Assembly: GCA_951406725.2 (NCBI GenBank)
Contig: OX597814.1
Coordinates: 78,988,001 to 79,052,000 of the forward strand
DNA length: 64,000 nucleotides
Direction: 5' to 3'
DNA from: Octopus vulgaris
Lineage: Eukaryota
Both the position numbers and the translations under genes were made by a program. The first letter of the stretch is position 1. Each line of letters opens with the position of its first letter. Under the pieces are notes generated by a model. It saw only the letters and a program-made list of their open reading frames with translations, made no database searches and was not told where the DNA came from. This document shows positions 35,724-49,241 of the stretch, in pieces.

Positions 35724-37119
35724 TTAAGAACTTAAAATTTAAGATTTGGTTTAGAAAATACCAAGATGTAGAATGTGTGTTGAGCTCTTCATTTTGGCAA
35801 CAGGTGAGAGAATATATGTCTATATAGGCATTGATACATTCATGAGCGTCTGTATACAATATATGCACAACTATGTTAATCTTGACCATAAATTGGTGTC
35901 CTTGTCTTTAAAATAACTTGATTCAATTGAATCACATGATCAACTAATATTTGTTTGTTTGTTTGTGTGCATGCATGCATATATGTATGTGTCTCTTTGT
36001 TTTGATTTTGCTTGATAAATGTAAATGGGTGTCACCATTATGCAAGTGGTGTCCTACATTGCCAATCATTCATGAAAACGTCTGGTCATGGAGAAATATT
36101 ACCTTAATTGGAAACTGGCAAGTGTTAGTGATGAGAAGGACATCGAGCCACAGGAAATTTACTCCAACAAATTTCATCCATCCCATGGAGGTATGGAAAA
36201 GTGGATGTTAAAATGATGAGTAGGATGACATACATCCATCCATCAATCCATACATACATAGGTGCATTAGGTTATGTACTAGCAACTTAGCACAAAAACC
36301 TTGAAATACTCAGTTTCAAGGAGAAAGAGCAAAAAAAAAACAAAAAAAAACTGATGCGGATTTCCCCAAATTTATTAAAGATTTGTAGCAAAATCTGTGC
36401 TGGCTATAAGTTCTATAGAATACCTGCTGAAATAATCTCTCCAAATTCAATTTATTAATGGTACAGTGAAGATTTGTAAGATAATTCCAAAAATTCAACA
36501 TGTGAGATTCTTATGTGAATAGATGCACACATTTGGGTGTATGTGTCAACAGTTCAACCAACACACCAAATCTACCACATATTTACAAACACTGGGAACT
36601 CTGTTAACAAAAAAAAGTCTTGTCACTTTGTTAGCAACTGTCTTGAACTCTCCCAAGAAGAACTTAAATTAAACTCAAAGAAAAATAATACATACATATA
36701 TACATATAATGATATAATCAGCAGAAAAGTTACAAAACTAACTCAAAAGCTGAGAGTTTCATATATGGCACTTAGATTATGGAGTTTTATTTCTCCTGTT
36801 TATTCCATAAAACATGTATGAGTGTGCATGTGTGTGGATGTGTGTGTGTGTGCATGTATGTGTGAGTACTAGATTCTTCATCCATGTCTTAACATTTTTT
36901 TGCATTTAAAAGAGGTGTGAAACAATTAGATTGTTTAGGTAGTGTTTACATCTGCTCAATGAGATGCCATCCCTCATAGGGTTACTCATTTACTGCTGAG
37001 TGGACAGGAGCAATATGAAACAAAGTGTTTTGCTCAAGAACACAATGCACTGCCCAGTCGAAAAACCAAAAACATGATCTGGTAATTGTGAGTAACAACC
37101 AACCTTTGTAGATACCACT

Positions 37120-37520
37120 GAATGTAATATTTGAGTGGTACTTTATTTTATCAACCCAAGGGGGATGAAAAACAAAGCTGACCTTAGTGGGATTTGAACT
37201 TAGAATGTAAAGAGCCAGAACAAATACTGCAAAGTATTTTTCCAATGCTCTAATGATTTTGCCAGCTTCACTACCTTTAGCACCCATGCTGGCACCACTT
37301 AAAAAGCACCTCTGCTAGTGCCCCATGAAAGGAACCCATGCTAGCACTACATAATGGGTGCTGAGTACACTTTAGTATGTGGTTGGGGTTAGGAAGAGCA
37401 TCCAGCCATAGAAACTATTCCAAAACAGACAACTAGAGCCTGGTGCCACCCTCTGGCTTTCCAGCTTCTGTCAAATTATCCAACCTATGCCAGCATGGAA
37501 AACAGACATTAAATGATGAT
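37120..37520. mobile_element. CORE-like SINE (-) followed by an RTE-type 3' tail (+)
   Basis: Family motifs; tail ends cagcatggaaaacagacattaaatgatgatgat. Confidence 0.6.
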
Positions 37521-37661
37521 GATTGTAGCAAGTTTTGGAACAAGGCCATCATCATCATTACTATTAACCATTTCTGTTTTTGGCACAAGGCCTGAAATTT
37601 GGTGGGAGGGTGCAAGTTGATTACATGGACCCCAGTGTGTAACTGGTACTTATTTCATCAA

Positions 37662-37698
<37 letters not shown>

Positions 37699-37974
37699 TA
37701 ATAATAACAATAATAATAATAATAATAATAATCAGATGTGATAGCAGAGCTGAATACTCAGTGCATTTATTGCAGTATTTAGGATTATTTCTTTTAAATT
37801 TGAGTTAAATTGCAAAGGAATTTTTCAGGACACTGGGTTTGACAAAATAATTACCAGTTATTTATATATATATCAGCTTTTAATTTCAATTGTTTCTACC
37901 TTTACTCCTATTTTAAAAAAATCATGTCTAGTGTGCTAGAGTGCCTAGTAAACAAAATAATGATGATGATGATG

Positions 37975-38021
<47 letters not shown>

Positions 38022-38025
<4 letters not shown>

Positions 38026-38531
38026 TACAAAGACCTGGAAATAGAGGTAACTAAAAAATACAAAGACCTGGAAATAGAGGTAACTAAAAAATACAAAGAC
38101 CTGGAAATAGAGGTAACTAAAAATACAAAGACCTGGAAATAGAGGTAACTAAAAAATACAAAGACCTGGAAATAGAGGTAACTAAAAAATACAAAGACCT
38201 GGAAATAGAGGTAACTAAAAAATACAAAGACCTGGAAATAGAGGTAACTAGAATGTGGAATCTGAAAACAGAAACAATTCCTATCATAGTAGGTGCATTA
38301 GGCATGATAAAAAAATATTCAGACAAATACATAACAAAAACACCAGGACTTACAAACACATATAACATACAGAAAATTGCACTACTAGGCACTGCACACA
38401 TCCTACGCAGAACACTTTCCATACAATAACCATCAGAGCATCACAACAAATCACAGCACATACCAAGGCACACAGAGCTGCGCTCGGTAGTGAAGTGAAA
38501 GCACGCTATAAAAATAAAAATAAAACTACTG
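38022..38531 (+). mobile_element. R4/Dong-type retrotransposon, 5'-truncated, with a 7x tandem repeat at the 5' junction
   Basis: KYKDLEIEVT unit x7, then RMWNLKTETIPIIVGALGMIKK...LLGTAHILRRTLSIQ* and 3' UTR; (TAA)n flanks. Confidence 0.88.
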
Positions 38532-38810
38532 AATAATAATAATAATAATAATAATAACAATAATATTAATAATAACAATAATAATAATAACAATAATAAC
38601 AATAATAACAATAATAATAATAACAATAATAATAATAATAATAATAATAATAACGATATTAATAATAATAATAACAATAATAACAATAATAATAATAATA
38701 ACAACAATAATAATAATAATAATAATAACAATAATAATAATAATAACAATAATAATAATAACGATAATAACAATAATAACAATAATAATAATAATAATAA
38801 TAATAATAAT
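38532..38810. repeat. (TAA)n/(CAA) microsatellite
   Basis: Direct reading. Confidence 0.95.
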
Positions 38811-39714
38811 CACCCCCCCCCATCTCCTTCCATTATGGGGTGAGAAATTTTGAAACACTTAACATTTATTCCCTAATTACAATGATTGCTGTGGGCTGCA
38901 TGAATGCTGCACTATGACCTTTCAGATAATTTAGACATTTACATTTTATCACAAGTGACATTCACTCCATTGGTGTTGTTGTTATTGCTGATGTTGATTC
39001 TAGGGAATCTCTCTTCTCCCAGAAATTTAGTCACTTTTTGTAGTTGTTGTTGTTATACTTGTTTCAATTCCTGATCTCCTCATTATATTGACATCCATTT
39101 TTTTCTCCTCCTATATTAATGTCAGGCTAATTCTAGTTGTGATCTTTATAAGGGTATCTTAACTCCTGCTTAAGAATAAGCCAAGGTGAATTGGCATTAA
39201 TGAGAGATACTTATTCTGGTATGAATGGGTCACTATAAATTAAGTGTCTGCCCTATGTTTCTGACCTCATTTAAAAAATGATGTTTTTTTTTTAATATCA
39301 GTATTAAGAATGCCAGGAAATGGGTATACCTGCATATCTTATTAATTATTCTCTCCTACTGAAGTTAAACGAAAGTGCACATTACCTCCACCCACACAAT
39401 CATGCAGCGATTTTTAAAAGACAAAGACAATGATGGTGGTGGTGGCAGCCACCGCCACCACCACCATTTCTTACATTCATAAGAAATTATGAATGTAGGG
39501 AACAGGTTATTATACTGATCTTCAGTATTTGATTGGTATTATAATTATCAATCATAGAAGACTAATCTACGATTTTAGAAGGATGAATAGCTAAGTTGAA
39601 ATTGGCAGGTTTTGAATTCACACTGTAAAAGAGCTAATAATAAATACTGCATGATATTTTGTTTAATCCTCTAACAGTATCAACAACAACAACAATCATA
39701 ATCATGGTAATAAT

Positions 39715-39842
39715 AATCCTTCCTACTATAGGTACAAGGCCTGAAATATGATAGGAGATGGGGGTTAATTGATTACATCAACTGCAAAAGGAGGAAAGGC
39801 AAATTTGACCTCAGTGGAATTTGAATTCAGAATGTAAAGCTG

Positions 39843-39898
<56 letters not shown>

Positions 39899-40128
39899 TA
39901 ATAATAATAATAATCCCTTCGACTATAGGCACAAGGCCTGAAATTTGGGTGAGGAGATAAGTCAATTACACCAGCCCCAGTGTTTCACTAGTACTTAATT
40001 TATCAACCTTGAAAGAATTAAAGGCAAAGTCAACCTTGGCAGAATTCGAACTCAGAACATAAAGACGGACGAAATGCCGCTAAGTATTTTACCCGCTGTG
40101 CTAGTGATTCTGCCAGGTTGCCACCTTA
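39715..40128 (-). mobile_element. Two CORE-like SINE copies
   Basis: Family motifs separated by (TAA)n. Confidence 0.7.
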
Positions 40129-40140
40129 ATAATAATAATA

Positions 40141-40658
40141 AATGCATTGATGCAATACCAAGCTCTGGCTCTCATGGCTTCTGATCTTAACTGACTGAAT
40201 GTGTTATCATGTACATGTTTTGTCTTGGTGTAAAAGATAGGCTACAGCAAATATTCTGCTCAGTACCACAGACTTGCTTGACCTTACTTAACCACTTGAG
40301 TATGACACATAATGGCTGACAAGCAGGAATAGTGGGGGACCATCATAGCTTTGTGTTGAGGGAATTCTTTAGGGTTTGAATAATAAATCTCTACAAATAT
40401 GGGTGTTCCATTCAACATCCTTAAACAACTCTTATTCAGGGTCCTTTTGAGCAGGATAGGCTACTCAACCTGAAGAAATTACCTGCAAGGTCATACACTA
40501 TTTATCTTGATAAGAGATTCTATGTTGCGCTCATATGGTTGTAATATATGTGCTTGGTGTACTCTTAACAGATGGGTAGTCTTGATGGGTATATTGGGCT
40601 TCATATATCTGTGCCCCAGTGCCACTTTGATGGCATACACAGCTCTCTCACTCAATAA
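40141..40658 (+). mobile_element. (TAA)n-flanked interspersed repeat, unclassified
   Basis: 3' half homologous to 33090-33330. Confidence 0.6.
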
Positions 40659-40979
40659 TTTCTGATATTGACACACTGTCACAAAAATATAAGAGGATAG
40701 AGTAATCAAATGAATAAACTTTCAATATCATTTACTCTAGAAGGCTTAAAATGAAAGTCATTTGAACCCAGAATATAAAGGGAGGTAACTAAATAAGGCA
40801 TTTAGTCGATTTTATCTAACAGCATGAAAAGATATTATTAAATACATGGATTTAAACTAGGGACGAAACTGAGAGTAATATTGCTTCTATCTGTTAGGTT
40901 TCTGACTCCTGAATTTCTCTTGGTTTGAAATAAAAGTTTCAAGCTGGTATCCGATATATTATATATATTTTGTAGCATA

Positions 40980-41360
40980 TTCTGTGTGGTAAGAAGTTTG
41001 CTTCCCAGCTACATGGTCTCAGGTTCAGTCCAACTGTATAACTACTTGGGCAAGTGTCTTCTACTATAGCTGTGGGCTGACCAGAGCCTTGAAATCTGTT
41101 GTATATATTTATGCTTGTGTGTGGGCGAGGTGGGTGAGTATCTTACTGTCTCCTTGCCATGATTTCATGTGACAGTTGACTGTCACCATGACACAACTGG
41201 TATCCTTCATTTCTAATCACCTGTGAAAACATCTCATTATGTTACTTGGAAACAGGTGAGGGTTGGCAACAGGGAGGGCATCTGGCCATAAAAAATCCAC
41301 CCCAACAAATTCTGTCTAACCTTTGCAAGCATGGAAAAGTGGACATTATATGATGATGAT
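40980..41360 (+). mobile_element. OR-type SINE with (GAT)n tail
   Basis: Family head plus aaacaggtgagggttggcaac...gcatggaaaagtggac tail. Confidence 0.7.
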
Positions 41361-43314
41361 GCTATGTAGAATGAGGGCACCTGATGATCATCAGAGATCA
41401 ACACAAACAAAACACAGTGAAGGTGTAAAAATTAATGAAAAAAGGCTAATCTGAAAAATTATATTGTTATTATCAATAGTTCAAATATTTACTCATTTAA
41501 TCAAAGAATTTTCTGCTAATGAGAAATGTATTTGTTGTTGACAATACACAGTGCTCTCTATTGAATATGCTTGAAGAGAAAAACTTTTTTTGAGAGAGAG
41601 AGAAAAAGAAATCGTGTGTAAGAAATATTAAAGGCACACAGAAGGAATGTAGATAGTATCATCTATTAAAAATAATAGAAGATATATTTTGAAATGCAGA
41701 TTATAGCTACAGAATATTACAAAGTACAGTTGCTGAGAATGCAGGGCAAAAATGCTGGAAATACAGCATACAAGTCTTGAAGATCTAAGGAATGGACATA
41801 TCGATAGTGCAGTGAATTGATAGATGGAGTAAGTATAAAGAGTCTTAAGGATATATCTAATACCTATAAGTTTATCTGAAATACTTCATCATCTAAAAAC
41901 AGAAATCAAAACATCTGCAGAAGATTTGAATTAATGCCTCATGAAGCAACACACTGATTAGCTTCTTCACATGACCAGTTGTAAGTTTGTTCATTTACTG
42001 GGTTTATTTAAAAGACATCTTGTCTTACACAAGACATGTTAATTAAACAAATGAAGCAGAAACATTTAACAAAAGACTGACTGAAAATTAATTATTTCAG
42101 AAGTATATATCCAGTAAAAAAAGAAAAAAAAATCAATATGATTTGATATTTCAAGAAATCAAAAAAAAAAAAAAAAGAAAGAAAGAAAAAGAAAAAAAAA
42201 AAGAAGAAGAAAGTAACATTTCTTAATCAGAAATGCTTTGTTACAATTTAACAATTAAGACATCAACAATTTTGATCAGATTGATTTTCATTAATAGTTT
42301 ATTTTCTAATTTATGTTGAAATGGAATCGACAAATTGATTTTTTTTTACTCTGAATTAAGACAAGAAATATTTTTGTTAACAGTTTTAAATTTGAAGGAC
42401 TCTCAGTTAAAAACAATTGAGATGTATGCTTTGTATAGGATATTTGGTTTTGTCAGTTTGCTGAGGCATTTCAAACTCTGGGCTAAATACTTTACAACAT
42501 TTTAAAGTTTAGTGAAAGTTCACAGGTTGTCAAAGTCAATGAAGTGTCAGTCTAGCAGGTGAAGTTTTGATGGTTCATTTCCTGTTAAAGGAGGCTGCAC
42601 TGTGTTTGTGGCTAATTGTGCATCTGTATATGTGAATAGCAAAGAGAGAGAGAGAGGAGGAGGAGGAGGAGAGAAAGGTGGATGTAAACAAAGACAGAAA
42701 CATTGAGTAAAGAGGAAAAGGAATTTCACCATTAGAATGGTATGTGAATGAATTTTTGACAAGATAACAAAAACTTTGTTGTATTTCTATGGACAGCAAT
42801 TCTCAATGGATTATTTTAGCTACACAAAAATGAAATAATTTCATTTCACCACTTAATGTGATCAAACTATTTCTTTTTAATGAATGACCTTTTTTTTTAA
42901 TGAAGACTGATTTTTCTTTGGTGGCTACAAGGTCAGTAGATGTGAGGATAGCACCAGCTTATGAACCTAGTCTGTTAGTGATGAAAACATGTATAGCGAA
43001 GTCAAAGAGTATAGAGCATTTGATGTTTTGATACCAGCACAGTTTTGTGTCCTTGTTTAAAAAGCTTAAACACTCAACAACTTAGACATAGTTGGAAATA
43101 GGTATTGCTAAGGTGACTACCCCATTGACTATTGTAAGTCACAGAAGTACTTGTAAAGTTATATCAGGTGTTTTATTGGTTTACAATGTTGATTCAGCTT
43201 CTTTAATTTTTGTTATTTGGAGGAAAAACCTTGGAGCTAACCCTAGCAAGCTTTTATAATATCATCATACTGTTTTTTTTTTAATTTTGTAGTGGTTTGT
43301 GTAACTTTTCACTT

Positions 43315-43575
43315 ATCATCCTCTTCGTCATTTAGCATCTGTTTTCTATGCTGGCACAGGTTAGACAATTCAACTGGAGCTGGTAAGCTGGAGAGCTGCA
43401 TGAGGCTCCAGTCTGTTTTGGCTTAGTTTCTATGGCTGGATGCCCTTCCTAATGTCAACCACTCCACAGAGTGTAGTGGATGCCTTTTTACATATCACCT
43501 GCATGTGTGCCTTTTATGTGTCACTGACATGAATGCTTTTCACATTTCATTGGCATGGGTGCCTTTTATGTGTCA
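43315..43575 (-). mobile_element. RTE-type 3' UTR fragment with short tandem units
   Basis: tttctatggctggatgcccttcctaatg, with repeated gtgccttttatgtgtcac. Confidence 0.6.
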
Positions 43576-43787
43576 CAGGAAAGAAAGTATGACACATAGG
43601 AAAATGTAGTCAGCAATAAACAATGGAATGAAAAGATGGGACGATCACAATCAGAATGCCTCTGATCATAGGTCATCCCAATCAATGAAGGATAAATTAT
43701 ATAATGACCAATAATAAACAGGAACTTTACAGTATCTGTCAACATAAAGAATGTCATAGAGGAGAGAGATTGTAATAAATCACTTAC

Positions 43788-43853
43788 CTCTCCGTTTTTC
43801 ACTGGTTTGATGTATTTACGATAGACACTCATCCGATACATAGTTTCAATAGC
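43788..43853 (-). CDS. Probable internal coding exon of an unidentified host gene (AIETMYRMSVYRKYIKPVKNGE)
   Basis: Minus strand: ttatctttcAG acceptor, 66 nt open only in phase 0, GAG|GTAAGT consensus donor. Confidence 0.65.
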
Positions 43854-43999
43854 CTGAAAGATAACAGGAATAAGGCTTCGTTTATTTCATAACAATGATT
43901 ATAATAATTAATATGAAAAATTGTTCTGTTGGTAGCAAACTACAAATTTTTACAGGTAACAGATCTAATTTCAGACCAGTACATGACAAGTATGTTTAT

Positions 44000-44217
44000 G
44001 CAGAGTGGGCCAAAAGTCATGCGCCAAAACACTTGATATCTTATTTATATCACATTATTATGCTTACTGTTATTTCATAACAATGGTTATAATAATTAAT
44101 ATGAAAAATTGTTATGTTGATATTACACCACAACTTTGTGCTGGTAATGGATCTGAGTTCACACCTGTACATGACAAGGCCAAATGTCATGCACCAAAAT
44201 ACTTGATATTTTATTAA

Positions 44218-44265
<48 letters not shown>

Positions 44266-44561
44266 TTGGGTTCAAATTCTACCAGGGTTGACTTTGCCTT
44301 TCATCCTTTTGGTAGGGTTGATAAAATAAGTAACAGTTGAGCACTGGGGTTGATGTAATCAACTTACCCCTTCCTCGAAACTGCTGGCCTTAAGCCAAAA
44401 GATGAAACCAATATTATTAGTTAATTTTGTTTATCATGCACAGGTACATGTGTATTCATCATTTCATTTATTTTATTCAACTTTTAGAAAAAGTAAAGCC
44501 TGTCTTTGACAATTCCAGAGGGTTTTGAACTTATTTTGTGCGTGACTTTTGGCTAACCTTG
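44000..44561. mobile_element. Degenerate Tc1/mariner-type MITE with a nested SINE (44270-44410)
   Basis: Imperfect TIRs cagagtgggccaaaagtcatgcgc / gtgcgtgacttttggctaaccttg. Confidence 0.45.
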
Positions 44562-45339
44562 TATAATCAGCCGATGAGGCTAAGGAAACACTTATAAACG
44601 CTGTTTATTATCCCTCCACCTCTCTTCTCTCTACCACTTGTGCAGGACACTCCATCCACTTCCCTTCCTTTGAACTCCTCAATATCACATGTAAGAAGCT
44701 ACACTGGACCATACTCCCACCCTACTTACATGTTATACACTCAAAGCTTTGCCCTGCTGTACTACCAGTCAGCACTTACTCCTCCCATCACCTTTACTGC
44801 CACCCAACACCTACTCTTGCCTCTTTAATCTCATCATTTATCCTTACCTTTGTTCCTCTCTGCTACTGCCAATCATTTCTCTGCAGACTCCACCCCCAGA
44901 TATCACTGCACTTTCCCATCATACTTCCCACCTTGCCCCTTCCACACTTTCACCCAATTTGGATCTCCTTATGTCTTACTTTTCCCTTCTGTCCTATTCC
45001 ACTTCAAAGTTACCTAGGCTACTGAATACTCCAAGTATTTACTCTTCCATTTCTAATTCTTAGCTACCTCTTTTCTGATCTTTCTGTTGTCATTGCTCCC
45101 TTTCCTATTCCCCTCCTTGGTCTAAACACCATAGATTACTGAGTGCTGTAGTGTTAGTACCACAAGAAAATGCATGCTGTACATGCTGTGAAATGTTTAG
45201 GGACAGGAAAGGCATCCAGGAATAGAAACCAAGCCAAATGACCTATAACATGGTCCAATAAGAAATCGTTTAGACCATGCTACATGGAAAGTGCATGTTA
45301 AATTTAAATGATTACACATGTATATTATTTTCATTTTTT

Positions 45340-45682
45340 TAAACTTTTATTTGTTTTAGTCATTAGACAGTGGCCATACTGGGGCACTACTTTGAAGAAT
45401 TTCTAGTTGATTGAATTGACCTCAGTACTTATTGCTTTGCTGAACTATTCAGTTATGGGGCATAACTGCACCAACACAGGTTGTCAAGCGGTGATGGGGG
45501 ACAAACACAGACACACACGCACACACAATAGTCTTCTTACAATTTCAGTTTTCATCTACAAATCCACTGAGAAGGCTTCAGTTGGATCAGGAGTTAAGTA
45601 GAAGACATTTGCCCAAGGTGTCATGCAGTGGGACTGAACCTAGAACCATGTGGTTGGGAAGCAAACTTAATCACACAGCCAT
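45340..45682 (-). mobile_element. OR-type SINE
   Basis: Reverse complement of the 3055 family. Confidence 0.7.
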
Positions 45683-45916
45683 GCTTTTGCCTATACATAC
45701 ATATAAGTATGTATGTATGTATGTATGTATGCATGCATGCATGTTTTGATAGTAATTGGCAGAGGTTAAAGAGTGTCTCAAGGGTCAAGAATTTTGTGCA
45801 TTGGCATAAAACCCTTGGATCTCGAATCACTCTGTAACTTCTGCCACTTATCAATAAAAAACATATATACTCATGTTTTTAGTTCTATTTTCCTGTTTGC
45901 ATCACCAAACCTATAT

Positions 45917-45951
<35 letters not shown>

Positions 45952-47224
45952 CGTGTGCATGCATACACATATACAAACATGTAAAATTAATCTATCGAGG
46001 CTTTTGGGCCACAGAGTTAATCCTTCACCCAATTTAACACCATCTGGGACCTTGAGTTGTTTTAGTAGAGTTCACTCTCTCTTACAAGCATTCAGGTTAG
46101 GTTTCCACTTTTAAAGGAACCTTACTCTTTCCTTTCCCACTTCTCAATTCAGAAGCCCTGTAAAAGGTCATTAGCATTGTCTTCCCTCCTGACTAAAAAG
46201 TAAAAATACAAAGCAACATGGATACATACATATGTACATGTTCACATATACATGCATACTTGCACACAAGCATGTACATATATATATATGTGTATATATG
46301 CTCATATGCACACCTACACACAAACACACACACATATGCATACATATACATACACAGATATACATACGTACACACACACACGCATATACATACATATATG
46401 CACACACACACCCATATATACATACACACACATGCATACACACACATACATACACACACATACAGAAACTCACACTTGTACATGTATACATAAATTAAGA
46501 TATGGCTTATATCATTTGAAAGTCCCAATGAAAAAGGGGATTGTATTCTCATACATGAGGGAATTACAAAACCATTAAAAAAAAATTCAATGAAATGAAG
46601 CAAACAAAATTTGAAAAATGAAAGAGAAGGGAAAAAAAATCACTATTAGCAAAACAAAAAACAAAAACGAAAAAAAAGGCAAAAGACAGGAAGCAGTTAA
46701 CAACAACAAGAACGACAACAGTTAAAGTCACCCCCATGCATGTTGCAGAACAAGGTCATAAATATGTGCCTAATTTTGTTATTGCTTTTGTTGTGTTAAT
46801 CTCACTAATTGGTGGATTAGAGCATTAGTTGAGACTGTTCTACCCTTTTTATAACCTTTCCCAAATGGTTGGTCTGGGACCCTAAAAAGTAGAGCAACTA
46901 GGCATTGTTTAAAAGCTTCAAGTGAAACTGTTAAATTTTGCTTTTACTTTTTACGTGTGTGTTTGTGTGTGTGTGTGTGACAGTTACATAATTTATCACC
47001 CTTTAAATACCATACTGTTTTCTATGTACAAAATGCCTGGTGTTAGAGTGCAAATGAAGACGGAAATTCAAAAACTGTCATTTGTCTTGTTTGAATTTCT
47101 TGTATGTCAAAATTTGGAACGGAATCTTCCATACTCATTCATGTATACATAGCAGTACATGTAATTTCTTCTAATGTCAGATCAGAGATTTGTTCTTTCC
47201 ATTTTATTTCTCCAATTTAGACAC

Positions 47225-47845
47225 ATGTGTGTGCCTTTGTTTGCCCCCACCACTGCTTGACAACCGGTGTTAGTGTGTTTACATTGCTGTAACTTAGCAG
47301 TTTCCTCAAAAATAGATTAAATGCCAGGCTTTCAAAAAAAAAATGTAGGTTATGGGATTAATTTATTGAAAGAAAAGTTAAGGCAGTGCTCCAGCATGGC
47401 CACAGTCTAATCACTGTAACAAGTAAAAGTTGACAGATAAAATATATAGACATAGGCATGGCTGTGTGGTAAGAAGTTGGCTTCCCAACTATTTGGTCCC
47501 AGGTTCAGTTTGACTGTGTGACATCTTGGGCAAGTATCTTCTACTAAAGCCTTGGGCTGACTAAAGCCATGTAAGTGGATTTGTTTGGTAGATGGAAACT
47601 GAAAGATTCCCAATGTGTGTGTGTGTGTTTGTGACTGTCTTTGTCTACCACTGCTTGACAACCAGTGTTGGTGGGTTTATATCCCTATAACTTAGCAGTA
47701 CAGCAAAACAGACTAATAGGGTAAGTACCAGGCTTAAAGAAACAAAGACCCTGAGGTCAGTTCATTCAACTAAAATTTTTCAAGATAGTACCCCAGCATG
47801 ACCACAGTCTAACGATTAAAACAAGTAAGAGATAAAAGAAAAGAT
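47225..47845 (+). mobile_element. OR-type SINE 3' half plus a full copy
   Basis: Family motifs at 47225-47430 and 47452-47845. Confidence 0.7.
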
Positions 47846-48310
47846 AAAAAATATCATAGCCCTGGGTAATTCATAAGCGATAATGCTGATTATCATCATC
47901 ATCATCTAATATCCACTTTTCAAGCTAGCATGCATTGGAAGAATCATCACAGTCTAAATTAGTTCTTGTTCAGAGTAACTGCTGTCACCAACATGGGTGC
48001 CTTTAACGTGTCACCAGCACAGGTACCTTTAACACATTACTGGTGCAGGTGCCTTTAACATGTCACTGGCATGATATATGTATATCTCTTTTATCTTGTT
48101 TCAGTCATTTGACTTTGACTGTGGCCATGCTGGGGCACCACCTTGAAGGGTTTTAGCTGAATGGTTGATCCTAGAATAAGCCTATTACTTATTCTATCAG
48201 TCTCTTTTGCCAAACTGCTAAATTATGGGGACGTAAACACACCAACACTGGTTGTCAAGTGGTGGTCGGGGACAAAGACAGATACAAACACACACGCACA
48301 TAGATATATA

Positions 48311-49198
48311 TTGGGTCATCCAATAAGTAATGTGGTTTTTTCAATTGCATGAACAAAAAGTCGGAGGGGGATGGGATAAACTACCTGCATCAACTTGCTA
48401 TAAAAGCAGGTAGTAATTTTACCTTGTAGTTATTCTTAGTGCAGGTTTTGAAGAGGGCAGTTCGATTTTAGCAGTTATTTTTTCAAATCTATGATGGAAG
48501 TGACAAAGGAGCATATTTGGCATATTTTGCTTTATGAGTTCAATAAAGGCAACAATGTAATGGAAAGGGCGAGGAATATTAATACAGTATATGGGGATTG
48601 GACAATAAGCATAAACCAGTGTCAGCTGTGGTTCCAGAAATTTCGAGCTGGAAATTGCAGCCTAGAAGACGAGCGTTGTCCTGGAGGATCTGTAGAGCAT
48701 GACGAGGTTGTCCTGCAAACCCTGGTGGAACAAAATTCCATTGTAACTGTTGAGGATCTAGCAGAGAAGCTTGGATTTGGTCATTCAACCAGTCATTCAA
48801 GTCAGCCCTAGAAGAAAAACTACCATCTTTAGTTTCAAGACGAAAGGTGTTCTTCCATACAGCAAGAATGACATTCCAAAGGGTGGAGCAGTTTGAATGG
48901 GAAACAATGCCCCACCCACCATATTCGCCAGACATTGCCCCATCTGACTATCATTTATTCTGCAGTCTTCAAAATCATTTGGATGGAAAAAATATGAAGA
49001 TCAGAACAGTACTGGAGGAGTATTTTTTGTCATAGAAAAGTGAATTTTGGAAGAGAGGCCTTACAAGGCTACCAGACAGATGGGAGAGCATTGTAGAAAA
49101 TGAAGGTGAGTATATTTTAGATTAAAAAGGAACTTTGTTTATCTTAATTTTGAAAAATAAAAGAATAAAAAACCCACATTATTTATGGAATAACCTAA
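48311..49198 (+). mobile_element. Internally deleted mariner transposon nested in a SINE
   Basis: TA-flanked imperfect TIRs ttgggtcatccaataagtaatgtggtttt / aaaacccacattatttatggaataacctaa; HTH region HILLYEFNKG...WFQKFRAG; HPPYSPDIAPSDYHLF motif; SINE halves at 48085-48300 and 49530-49655. Confidence 0.9.
48491..49123 (+). pseudogene. Mariner transposase pseudogene
   Basis: N-terminal HTH joined to the C-terminal YSPDxAP region; central catalytic region missing; stops and frameshifts. Confidence 0.85.
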
Positions 49199-49205
49199 TA
49201 CATAA

Positions 49206-49241
<36 letters not shown>

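Noticed and set aside
38022-38249. CRISPR-like array
   Set aside because: No spacers; the unit is retrotransposon coding sequence and the context is eukaryotic
38441-38858. Poly-Leu and poly-Ile ORFs
   Set aside because: (TAA)n translations
44568-44605. ccgatgag...aaacgctg hammerhead-like string
   Set aside because: GAAA core and stems are not intact
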